A DNA stretch of 56,722 nt from a virus. Its lineage: Duplodnaviria; Caudoviricetes. Below are positions 44,701 to 52,117 of the stretch, piece by piece (position 1 is the first letter of the stretch; each line of letters begins with the position of its first letter). The translations under genes and the position numbers were made by a program. The stretch spans positions 1 through 56,722 of IMG/VR virus record IMGVR_UViG_3300042558_002627; one strand, given 5' to 3'. The notes under the pieces were generated by a model. That model had not been told where the DNA came from, made no database searches, and saw nothing but the letters and a program-made list of their open reading frames with translations.

Positions 44701-44956
44701 AGTAATGGTATCTAGTAAAAATGACGAAGCTCCTATAAAAAGAACAGGCTTAGATTTATCTAAACTTTCTGGTAAATTAGAAGATTACCAAACTTTCCCA
44801 ACATCAAGTTACGGAGAAGAAGAAGATAGAATGAGTAATCGTCCTAGCCAGGATGATTATGAAGCTTATCAAAGAATGATGGGAGACGAGCTATTATCAG
44901 AATCTCCGATTAATAGTGATAACTTGAGAAATTATTTGTTAATTTGTGGTAAATAA
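38783..44956 (+). CDS. Virion RNA polymerase catalytic (beta'-like) half fused to a zincin-like protease domain and a Dda/RecD-like SF1B helicase
   Basis: GFRIPTQ...GSDFDVDKL catalytic DxDxD (39620-39634); AVDNEK; HELIH (42602-42616) with downstream EFVT; Walker A GKGGTGKTT, IDESSM, GDRAQLPPV, YAITSHKAQGSTY, LYVAVSRP. Confidence 0.85.
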   Translation: MSNCKYFVNGDWVTENQLKELLNAGLLDNLVSNGTVEVKGFKVDSSKLLKAETTKVTSDNIPAVTLANILANEIKSRQGYTLNMLSALELTNPTAEERANGVEPDFKIPLWASPYANKFESLLTSLVSNKIVKQKFPGNSYILGSEEGFRVKEGDEAAGELGKSNIVFTSNFDPEKGLQPMRWDFENKKILPAQIMIPFKFRDESGEILSLKDFTTLEEGGRMVLDTTKIPDKLLQLFGFRIPTQERNSMAAVEIVGFLPEASGDLVLAPRDFTKQMGSDFDVDKLYTYMYNHFYDNKTGKLHTNFVSDKKKIKSFIEITKQSIEDIKEEFKLSKEQKKILNAYIQEANVSLTDQDYSERRSKGEETESELSRMAAEILNFSLKGELKEKLDYNINQLSILSRSYKASRQNNILDIHHRIMTSSNPEIISSIMALDSFGEFEKLAKDINTLRNTDGAIPIILSDVYQRTKYINATAGKNGVGSFSLDSTFNATAQGKQLTIQNLSAENKELLFGTVQEPRTPTAAEILEANDPIATFGNVVSKGDLSNKYTLRSQAIINLAKAEKRELTDKEKESLKYKSTIIRALQSTAVDNEKAQILDKLNINDETFDAIRAMALLGFEESEIVGLITQDIIWEFIDKLKDARSSLTSYNANASADIFQELIAKYDPSKSYAALDADRIDSYSAKSGVELIANIGNKTLVPLKEGTTPDFHLEQLALLDKFLKLTATGKDIKVLQSSINTESSGIPKSLLETKTKVEQIERLPYLNIFNADKLLGEYEVTGLSNPTTINGYAAYYGAMFANKIYDKYFPYKQTGFNAVVGEIMSHTPKGDTISLPKKTTLQQEIFDQVKSYLYSNTNTNLFGDNPDIERHRLFIDTKQNKSLASILNELSNTTWFQKNGFLNKLSFDINKNGTISRINFEAAAGENLDERNIYDGFNYLLSKNFAIGNYNGIDYTSRILAQELVAAAFLEGGNQGAKQYLKYVPVAYLKSLGFGEYLQGIPFDFQETFFGNIVEETVIYNQPSTFTRQYFQNNPDLVKTINLSDIENNNNKIPDSFTLNKEALADNFVDTIDPATGEATKEQVHFLSIYDSKLPSNYALYEFDSVSRVYRKISVLSGSYGFVGYNSQSKNSMPTEIKNLSTAAPVEQGAPGYTINNIPVTPSKKFDLNVVNNPTTPTTTAGLPINRKLSGTKEALDDLLNNLETSNEVSTLNTQLIQLIRTLELPQNFKVVYDDTLESRGNYNSEESVQTLTINLKDPNNKKVNDLATAVVHELIHTFTADSIQKYEDGDLDKLSAKTIAIIQQLESLQKLYIDELVAKEGPEGLKIFEKKYFDWKAGLADAPKVSKEQIAKYYGAIKLTEFVTMALTDAEFQKHLNDITDETGLSMWEQLKELLSDLLNALGLDIKPGSALATAIKDSMDLIKANQDALKENNIETKQFIEFGNTYRFQVDGNGKVIKAEYAQGNGVYKAMNAKNSQKKYDELKNKPEIQKTAEAKITEDTINKYELFPGVFANAGQTEAIDKLNDFLKSDEKAFLLEGKGGTGKTTIIKQVIASSAISGKKVLAIAPSHKAKKVLARSLKDLDVTVKTLASALAIKLDESTGKFEPDEYARKKGNVPIGNGQIIVIDESSMVSDALLAEIKQWVSAGAKVIFMGDRAQLPPVGQEKDSDVFGLKNRYELTEKMRQAATSPIINIGSKIAANAENDTNRVANPITSLDRVNSTDVVSGSSITWESSESAALDQFVEDLQKAEGDVNFAKIVTFNNQNHKSPQSVKNLNTKVRLKLFGERALGEKFIPGEILTAYDSYNPTQGKEEIDIVFFNSEDMIVEAVKTIQGRPVTVEVFSGAKGRRSASFNFDVEMLTLQNDEGKTITKFGSPVEIPVIAESSKEEYSAVLNKLWSTDRQMAYALQAKFGNLEYGYAITSHKAQGSTYTNVYVMEDNIMGPSNGGSIKAKSQSLYVAVSRPTTKLVMVSSKNDEAPIKRTGLDLSKLSGKLEDYQTFPTSSYGEEEDRMSNRPSQDDYEAYQRMMGDELLSESPINSDNLRNYLLICGK

Positions 44957-44962
44957 AGAAGT

Positions 44963-47900
44963 ATGTCAATAGCATGTCCTAATAAGAATTCTAAAGAGTG
45001 GAAAACTCTTGTAAAGCAGACAGGAGAACAGTTAGCAAATCTGGCTTTTGTATCAAATGAATATAGAATTCCCGATGTAAAAAGTTCTACAGAAATTAAA
45101 AAGGCTATCAAGTTCCAATCTAAAGTGGAAAATTTTGCAGGAGTAGCTTCAAGACTAAGAAAGTATAACCAACAAAACGGTACTTCTCATTACTTTACTT
45201 TTAAAAATGTTTGGGGTAATACTTTTGAACTTACTTTAAAGTACAATTATTTACCAGTCAATTTAGAAAAACAAAGACAGAGAGAAGCGGCTAAAGGGGA
45301 CCCTTTATATGCTATTAACGATTTTGATGCACCTGCTTTTAATTACATGTACCCAGGAAGTAGTAGCCAGATTAGACCTAGCTCTAACATTGATGAATTA
45401 ATTCCTGGTGCAGAGACTCAAGTAATTGCTGTAGAAAAATTAAGAAAAGACAAAATAAATACAGCAATAATTAAGCAGCGTCAAGAACTAGCTAATGTAA
45501 AAGATGCTGTAGAAATGCGATCTATTCTCAATAAAATTGAGAGTTTAGTTAAAAGTTTAGAAGGGACTGAATCAATTAGAGGTGCTCAAGAACGGCTACT
45601 ATTAGCGGGTGAAATTAAAGCATTTGAAGAAGTAGAAATTTTTGGAAATTTGCAATTAAAAGAAATTGAGAAATTATTAAATAATCCTGCAATTAGCGCA
45701 GACGATGTTTATTATGCTCAACGTATTATAGATCTTTGGTTAAAAGCTGGAGATTTTTCTACAGACCCTCGTGAACATATTTTCTTAGATGAAGATGAGT
45801 TTAATACTAAGGAAATTCGTTCTAAGTTTAGAGCTCTTGCTGCTACAGCACAAGATCTTCAAAGTAAACTTATTCCTATTCGAGAAGAACATACTACAAA
45901 TTTTGTAAGACAATACACTGATGGCAAATTAACTCAAGAAGAAATCTTTAAGAATATTCGTGATGTCAATAAAGTTGCTGCTATGACCTTAAATTTAAGT
46001 CGTCACGGTGACGCAATGTTACAAGCAGGTTTTGCTGCGGTAGAGGCTGCTAATATTTCCGCACAGCAAGAAGCATCTGAAGTGTGGAAAGAACTAGATG
46101 AACTTACTACAAAATTCTTAAAAAAATCAGGGGGTAATTTTAATATCTTAAAGCAGTTGACTGAAGATGGAAAAGAAACAGGAAGAACTGTTACTCGTTT
46201 TTCTTCAGAATTTTTTGAAACACGTAATTTATTATTAAAAAGAGCCTTTAAAACTGTTGATGCAAAAACTAAAAAAGTTACTAAGAATGCTGAGGCAGTC
46301 AAAACTTTTTTTAATTGGACTAATACTAATACTATTTCTTTTGATCCTAGAATCTTAATAGAAGATAGTCTATTAGATAATAGTATTATGCCAGAAAGTT
46401 TCTTATACAAAAGAGTTACTTATGATGAAGGTAGTCGCCAAAAACATATTGAAGAATTAAAGAAGCATTTAGGAGAAAAAGGATATGAATTCTATATTGA
46501 ACGTGCAAAAGAAAAAATAGAACAATTTAAACTTAGACGTGATGCTGCTTATGAAAGTATGCATTCTAAAAGTGAATTATCTAAAGTCGAGCAAGATGCT
46601 TTATTTGAAAATTGGTTAAGAGAATATTCTCCTTATTGGTCTATGGATATGATGGAAAATCCTACTTCTCGACAAAAAGGAAAAGATTCTTTCTATTCTC
46701 CAAAAGGAATGCGTGAATACATTATTCAAGTTCCTAGAAAATTTACTGCTGAAGGAAATACAAAATGGTACGATAAGAACTACGCTAAGATTGAGGCAGA
46801 TGATGATTTATATGCGTACCATAATTATATGATGAAGACTTTAAATAGCCTTCGTTATATGTTGCCAGAGCAAAAAAGAGCTTTAATGGGAGTAGGTGTA
46901 TTGCCTACTATTCAAAAAAGTTTAATGGACACATTCCAAGAAAAAGGAATGATGATGGGTGTTATTCCTTTTTGGGATAAAATGAAGCAACTTCAAACTA
47001 CTACGGATTTAGCTACAACAGTTTATTCTGATGTAAATCCTTTAACAGGTAGTATTGAAAAGAACATTCAAATTCAATATGTAGAAGATAATCAAGCTAG
47101 AGTAAAAACTTTAGTACGTCAAATGCAAATTAAGCATGAGCAAGAGACAGGAAAACCTGCTACAAATGAGGATAATATTAGATTTACTAAAGAAACCAAA
47201 GATTTTTTATCAAAAGAAAAATCTTGGGATGTTACTAAAATCTTAAAAGCATACTCTTTAAATATTCTTGCATATAAACACAAGTCTTTTATCGAGCCTC
47301 AAATTAAATTACTTGAGCAGGAATTAAAAGCTCGTAAAGAAATAGTAACAAATAAAGCGGGTCAAGCTCAAGTAGATGAATACGGTAAACCTTTAGAAAG
47401 AGAGGGCTTAAATAATCTAAAATCTGCTTGGGATTTCTTTATGGATTCTACTTTTTATGGAGTAGGAGGTCGTAAAGTAGAAGGAGTTACTAAGACTAAA
47501 CTCTATACAGATGCCGAAAAAAAACGTAAAAAAGAGTTAGAAGCTCTTTTAGAAAAGGAAACTGACGAAGAAAGTAAACAATTTTTACAAGGACAAATAG
47601 ATTCTTTAGGAGGATTTAGAACAATAAGTGGTGTAGGTGATACAGCACTTAAATACATGACTCTTAAAGGATTAGGATGGAACTTTTTCTCAGCCTTTTC
47701 CAATATAGGATTTGGTACTATTTCCAATTTAATCCAAGCATCTGATGGTCGAGAATACTCAATGGCAGATATGCGAAGAGCATATATATTAACTTTAAAC
47801 TCAGTTGGAAGAAATTTAAGTTTTAATTACTTAGACGGAGTAAATAGTAATGCCTTAAAAATTAGAACATTAATGGATAAATGGGATTTACTACAAACTT

Positions 47901-49012
47901 CTAACAAGGAGTTGTACGACATGTCCCAAAAATCATCAATGTCTAAATTAAAAAGATTTGGGCCATTTAGTTTGCAAGAACGTTCTGAATATTTAAATAT
48001 TGCTCCCGTAATGATAGCAACTATGCTATCAAAAAAACCAGATAATTCTCCTCAGTTTCCTGCTATAGGTCCTGATGGAGAAGTAGTTACTATATGGGAT
48101 GCATATGATATTTCAACAGGAAAATTAAAAGAAGGTTTTACTTCTGAAGTAGATGAAGTCAAACTTGTGCAAAAAATTAGAAGAATAGTAGAAATGAATC
48201 ATGGGGATTACAATAATGCCCTACAAGTAAAATCTACTATTAGTGGAAGATTATTAAGTCAATTCCGTACATGGATGTTTGAAGGATTTGCTAATAGATT
48301 TCAAGCAGCAGATCCTGATTACGGATTAAGCTATGGATTAGATGAAACTTACATTCGAAAAGGACGTTATCGCAGTTACACTAAAGGCCAGTTACTTACT
48401 ACTGGTGCAGCAGTTGGAACTATGTTTTTACCAGGTGTTGGAACCGCTCTAGGAGCAGGAATCGGTTATCTGGGCGGTAAATTTTTTGGCATGCAGACTG
48501 ACGAAAGTGTTTTAGGGGATACTTTATATACTTTAAAACAATTAGCTCGCAAATTGATGTTCCAAAAAACTCAATTTGGGGATAAGTTTACAGCAGTTGA
48601 TGCCGCTAACATGCGCAAAAATATGACGGAGCTTTACTTAATGATGGGTCTTATGGGAATAGCTTTATTCCTTAAAGGATTAGCGGGAGACGATGATGAT
48701 GAAGAACAAGTTGTAACTAATTTCCTTCTTAATCAAACTATCCGACTTCAAACAGATATCGGGTTCTATACTAATCCATTAGAAGCAGAAAAATTAACTA
48801 AAACTGCTGTTCCAATGGCTGCATTAGTAGACGATGTTAGAACTCTTTTTGTAGATATTGGGGGGCATCTTAATGATGAAAAAGGTGACGAAGTATTTGA
48901 AAGCGGACCGTTCAAAGGAAACAGTAAATTCCTTACACATTTAGGAGAAGCAATTCCTGGAACATCACAAGGAATTCGATTATACCGTACAGGACAACAA
49001 GTTATGGACTAA
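44963..49012 (+). CDS. Third giant virion/ejection protein of the RNAP cluster
   Basis: 1349 aa; MSIACPNKNSKEWK start; HGDYN...GRLLSQFRTWM, KGRYRS and AANMRK motifs like terminal crAss cargo proteins; glycine-zipper segment. Confidence 0.65.
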   Translation: MSIACPNKNSKEWKTLVKQTGEQLANLAFVSNEYRIPDVKSSTEIKKAIKFQSKVENFAGVASRLRKYNQQNGTSHYFTFKNVWGNTFELTLKYNYLPVNLEKQRQREAAKGDPLYAINDFDAPAFNYMYPGSSSQIRPSSNIDELIPGAETQVIAVEKLRKDKINTAIIKQRQELANVKDAVEMRSILNKIESLVKSLEGTESIRGAQERLLLAGEIKAFEEVEIFGNLQLKEIEKLLNNPAISADDVYYAQRIIDLWLKAGDFSTDPREHIFLDEDEFNTKEIRSKFRALAATAQDLQSKLIPIREEHTTNFVRQYTDGKLTQEEIFKNIRDVNKVAAMTLNLSRHGDAMLQAGFAAVEAANISAQQEASEVWKELDELTTKFLKKSGGNFNILKQLTEDGKETGRTVTRFSSEFFETRNLLLKRAFKTVDAKTKKVTKNAEAVKTFFNWTNTNTISFDPRILIEDSLLDNSIMPESFLYKRVTYDEGSRQKHIEELKKHLGEKGYEFYIERAKEKIEQFKLRRDAAYESMHSKSELSKVEQDALFENWLREYSPYWSMDMMENPTSRQKGKDSFYSPKGMREYIIQVPRKFTAEGNTKWYDKNYAKIEADDDLYAYHNYMMKTLNSLRYMLPEQKRALMGVGVLPTIQKSLMDTFQEKGMMMGVIPFWDKMKQLQTTTDLATTVYSDVNPLTGSIEKNIQIQYVEDNQARVKTLVRQMQIKHEQETGKPATNEDNIRFTKETKDFLSKEKSWDVTKILKAYSLNILAYKHKSFIEPQIKLLEQELKARKEIVTNKAGQAQVDEYGKPLEREGLNNLKSAWDFFMDSTFYGVGGRKVEGVTKTKLYTDAEKKRKKELEALLEKETDEESKQFLQGQIDSLGGFRTISGVGDTALKYMTLKGLGWNFFSAFSNIGFGTISNLIQASDGREYSMADMRRAYILTLNSVGRNLSFNYLDGVNSNALKIRTLMDKWDLLQTSNKELYDMSQKSSMSKLKRFGPFSLQERSEYLNIAPVMIATMLSKKPDNSPQFPAIGPDGEVVTIWDAYDISTGKLKEGFTSEVDEVKLVQKIRRIVEMNHGDYNNALQVKSTISGRLLSQFRTWMFEGFANRFQAADPDYGLSYGLDETYIRKGRYRSYTKGQLLTTGAAVGTMFLPGVGTALGAGIGYLGGKFFGMQTDESVLGDTLYTLKQLARKLMFQKTQFGDKFTAVDAANMRKNMTELYLMMGLMGIALFLKGLAGDDDDEEQVVTNFLLNQTIRLQTDIGFYTNPLEAEKLTKTAVPMAALVDDVRTLFVDIGGHLNDEKGDEVFESGPFKGNSKFLTHLGEAIPGTSQGIRLYRTGQQVMD

Positions 49013-49015
49013 AAT

Positions 49016-49046
49016 AAAGACCAGTTTTTAACACTGGTCTTTTTTA
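49016..49046. terminator. Probably bidirectional intrinsic terminator at the junction of the convergent modules
   Basis: AAAGACCAGT-ttttaac-ACTGGTCTTT hairpin flanked by A- and T-tracts between converging stop codons. Confidence 0.7.
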
Positions 49047-49315
49047 TCCCAAGGAGGTATGAAATAATATTCAACTCTATCTTTTAATTCTTTACCCCAT
49101 TTTTCTTTAAATGGGTTCCACAATCTTTGCATTGCATCCCATAAATCATCTCCCGATACCCATTCTCCAAAAGACATTGATGTTACTCCTCCATCTTCAT
49201 CAAAAAATGTAGTTACATCACAAGAATGATTATGATGGCAATAAAGATTTTTAATTTCTGTACTACCATAAGCTCCTTCTACACTATATGTAGTTTTTAC
49301 TCTTGTGTGGCTCAT
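49028..49315 (-). CDS. Hypothetical protein
   Basis: 95 aa ORF in a packed minus-strand operon. Confidence 0.6.
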   Translation of the reverse strand: MSHTRVKTTYSVEGAYGSTEIKNLYCHHNHSCDVTTFFDEDGGVTSMSFGEWVSGDDLWDAMQRLWNPFKEKWGKELKDRVEYYFIPPWDKKDQC

Positions 49316-49698
49316 CTCTCTATTTTTTTAAATTCTTCAATTTCTTCGTCAGTTAATTCCTGAATAACACAACGATTTAGATCTACTCCACTATTCAATA
49401 AATAAATAATAGTATGAAGACCTACCCCGTCATTCTTAGCAATCAACTCTGCAATTTTTTCAATAGTAAACATTAAGTCTGCAGATGTTATCTCATCTAC
49501 GGTCCAGATGTTTTTCTTATCTTGAGCCATTGTAGATTTTAATACAGCTACTGCTTTACGAACAGCTTCTGCTTCCCTAGCTCTATACTTATTAGTACCT
49601 TTTAAATCTAATTGACAATTCTGAACCACTTGTAGAGCAGAAAGTAATGTAATGTAACTAATTGTATCTTGGCTCGGCAGTCTCTTCTCCTGTTCCAT
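49312..49698 (-). CDS. Hypothetical protein
   Basis: 128 aa, overlapping start/stop with neighbours. Confidence 0.6.
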   Translation of the reverse strand: MEQEKRLPSQDTISYITLLSALQVVQNCQLDLKGTNKYRAREAEAVRKAVAVLKSTMAQDKKNIWTVDEITSADLMFTIEKIAELIAKNDGVGLHTIIYLLNSGVDLNRCVIQELTDEEIEEFKKIER

Positions 49699-49937
49699 TA
49701 TCTTAAAATTTTATCTAATTGATACTTCATCACTTTGTAAGAACTTTTAACTGCGCTGCTTTCTTTTGTTCCTGAAATACTCCAATTATGTTCTTTATAA
49801 AAAGGAGAAGCATTTCTTGATATTTCAAATCTTTTGTAATCACTGTAGTCTGTTTTAATTCTTTTTTCTGCATCGTCTAAAACAGCTATCATTCTTTTTA
49901 ATTCCTCTTTAGCAGAGGTAATATCTTTAATCCGCAT
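49698..49937 (-). CDS. Hypothetical protein
   Basis: 79 aa, coupled to neighbours. Confidence 0.55.
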   Translation of the reverse strand: MRIKDITSAKEELKRMIAVLDDAEKRIKTDYSDYKRFEISRNASPFYKEHNWSISGTKESSAVKSSYKVMKYQLDKILR

Positions 49938-50292
49938 TTTTTTTAATATAAGTTGTTAATAATGTATACTTTAGATTTTGAAAAACATCACTGTTTAAAT
50001 CTAAAGCAACTACTTCTTCTAATTCTTCTTCTTCTTCAAACTCATCTAATTCTTTAAACCTTTCCATCCTAAAAGCAGGTTCTTGGATATCATCTATAAG
50101 ATGAATATAAATAGGCATATTGACTACCTCTTTTAAAAGTATTCCTGTTACTATATCATCATTGTTGATAATATCTCTTATAGTATAGGTTTCTCCTTCT
50201 TTAATCCATTGCTTGTAAACATTCCTTACAAAGGCTTCTTTACCAGGTTTAATAGAATCATCTATACAAACGACTTTTTGACCAATTCTCAT
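49927..50292 (-). CDS. Hypothetical protein (SH3-like N-terminus)
   Basis: MRIGQKVVCIDD...GETYTIRDI. Confidence 0.55.
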   Translation of the reverse strand: MRIGQKVVCIDDSIKPGKEAFVRNVYKQWIKEGETYTIRDIINNDDIVTGILLKEVVNMPIYIHLIDDIQEPAFRMERFKELDEFEEEEELEEVVALDLNSDVFQNLKYTLLTTYIKKNAD

Positions 50293-50528
50293 AATATGTT
50301 TTCTTTTTTTAAAACTTTCCTGAAATTCCTTATTATACCGTGTTTAAGTTGATTAGATGTACGGTGTTCTAAATGCAAACACCATACAGAACTGTTTATG
50401 TAGACTTTATATCCTCTTCTAGTATGTATTACTCTCCAATTGTAAAACCTACATAAACGTTCTATATCTTTCCAATGTAGATTATGAGAAACATTATCAA
50501 CTGCTTGTAATATTTCTTCATTACTCAT
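50289..50528 (-). CDS. HicA-like small protein (tentative)
   Basis: LHWKDIERL...W.....G..V....LHLEH....LKHGIIRNFRKVL resembles the HicA pattern. Confidence 0.45.
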   Translation of the reverse strand: MSNEEILQAVDNVSHNLHWKDIERLCRFYNWRVIHTRRGYKVYINSSVWCLHLEHRTSNQLKHGIIRNFRKVLKKENIL

Positions 50529-51346
50529 TAGATAATACTTAATTCAATTAAAATTGCTCTTACTTTTTCTATCAATTCTTCGATAGTTCCATCATTGACA
50601 ATCTCATAATCAAATGTTGCATCATCAAGAGCTGTTTCACTAGGATGTAATAGTTGCTGTTCTTCAAATTCTGTAGCTCTTCTAGTAATATGTCCATCTG
50701 TAACTATATTATAGTTTTTATTAGGACGCACTACGCGGATAGTAACACCTTCTTTAGATTTAACAGCAGCTAATTCATTAGGAAATCTTGTATCAGTTAT
50801 AATCCAGTTAGGTAGGTTAGATGCAATATAAGTAACACTTACTCTTGTATACGTATCAGGCTTATAATCTGCCATAAGAGAATTAACCCATACATTTTCA
50901 TGTAAACCATTTCTCATAGCTTCAGTTCCTAATTTTTGAAGAAACTCTCTTACAGTCATTTGATTATGTTGTTGAGTATTGCCCTTTCCTGATAACCATA
51001 TATTATCTGGTTTGTAGGGAATAGTCTTTACTGCAACTTGTCTACTTCCTCCCTTTCTAATAATACCGTAAGTATCCCACTCAGGACCTAATACAGTCTT
51101 CTTAAACTCCTGATCTTCTAATTGCTCTCTTGTACAACCTAACATCATACAAGCAATATCTTTTAGTTTATCAGCAAACTTTTTAATTTTCCAATTATTT
51201 GAATTAAATCTACTAAATTCTTTAAGCATTAACCACTTTTCATAAGAATTTTTAGTAATATCATTAGGAGATTCAGTTAAATACTGAATAATACTGCCTA
51301 CAGTGTCTTTACCACTTCCTATTTTTCCAGATATACTAATTATCAT
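50528..51346 (-). CDS. Deoxynucleoside monophosphate kinase (T4 gp1-like)
   Basis: ISGKIGSGKDT, FADKLK, REFLQKLGTE, IITDTRFPNE, HPSE. Confidence 0.85.
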   Translation of the reverse strand: MIISISGKIGSGKDTVGSIIQYLTESPNDITKNSYEKWLMLKEFSRFNSNNWKIKKFADKLKDIACMMLGCTREQLEDQEFKKTVLGPEWDTYGIIRKGGSRQVAVKTIPYKPDNIWLSGKGNTQQHNQMTVREFLQKLGTEAMRNGLHENVWVNSLMADYKPDTYTRVSVTYIASNLPNWIITDTRFPNELAAVKSKEGVTIRVVRPNKNYNIVTDGHITRRATEFEEQQLLHPSETALDDATFDYEIVNDGTIEELIEKVRAILIELSII

Positions 51347-51795
51347 AGCTCAGGTGCTTTAAATTTGTGGGACTTTAATACTTTATTGTCAGAAAAACGG
51401 TAAGTTATAAATCTACCTCTAACTTCCTTAGAGTATGTATTAATACCTTGCTCCATGTAATGTCTATATGTTAATATAGCATCGTCTAGGGTAGCATCTG
51501 CTTTTGACATATTACTTTCGTAAATTGCTTCAATAGTTTTTTGTGGATCGATACCCATTTCGAACATTGCTCGAATAGTAACCCATAAAAGATCGCCTAA
51601 ACCGTCTTCTGTTTCTTGTAAGTCTTTACTTAGGATAGCATCTTTAGTTTCTTGAAGCTCTTCGTCAATCAATTTCATCGACAGAGTGACTCTTTCTTGT
51701 GAAGGGAACCCTTTTTCCTCTTTCATAGGCAACCCGAAGGTGCGGCTCCAGTCTTCGACTAATTCCTGGATTGACTTTGTTGAATTTTTTTCCAT
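51343..51795 (-). CDS. MazG-like NTP pyrophosphohydrolase (PRA-PH/DR2231-like)
   Basis: LIDEELQE...DGLGDLLWV...IYESNMSK...KVLKS. Confidence 0.8.
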   Translation of the reverse strand: MEKNSTKSIQELVEDWSRTFGLPMKEEKGFPSQERVTLSMKLIDEELQETKDAILSKDLQETEDGLGDLLWVTIRAMFEMGIDPQKTIEAIYESNMSKADATLDDAILTYRHYMEQGINTYSKEVRGRFITYRFSDNKVLKSHKFKAPEL

Positions 51796-52117
51796 AATTA
51801 AAATAAAATTGTTTTTCTAATCTGCTTAAGTCCTTCCAACTGTATTGTGGAAGATCAGAAAGCATTTGTTCTTCAGAGAAATAGGCTTCGGTTTTACTAC
51901 CAAGTATGCATTTAGGCATACCAGCATTTACTGCTGCCATAATCTCTTTAAAATTACCGTAAATGTTATTTAAAACATTTTCAGTGATGTCAAATTTACG
52001 ACAAATTAATCCTTCAGGTGTTCCGCGAATAATCTCGTCACGAATAGCTGCTAATTCTGTTCTAGTAAAATCTTTTTTAATTAAAAAGTTACCATTTAAT
52101 GATATTCTCTCCTCCAT
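51665..52117 (-). CDS. Hypothetical protein (possible HTH at N-terminus)
   Basis: 150 aa; GTPEGLICRKFDIT is HTH-like; 3' end overlaps the next gene by 131 nt. Confidence 0.5.
   Translation of the reverse strand: MEERISLNGNFLIKKDFTRTELAAIRDEIIRGTPEGLICRKFDITENVLNNIYGNFKEIMAAVNAGMPKCILGSKTEAYFSEEQMLSDLPQYSWKDLSRLEKQFYFNYGKKFNKVNPGISRRLEPHLRVAYERGKRVPFTRKSHSVDEID

Noticed and set aside
44925-44950. Fourth promoter motif upstream of 44963 (TTAATTTG)
   Set aside because: It does not match TAnnTTTG exactly and lies within coding sequence.
698-47727. Numerous short antisense or alternate-frame ORFs in the ORF track (e.g. 8188..8493, 30459..30767, 43192..43596, 46003..46410)
   Set aside because: They lie wholly within long genes with strong motifs and look like shadow ORFs from codon bias.
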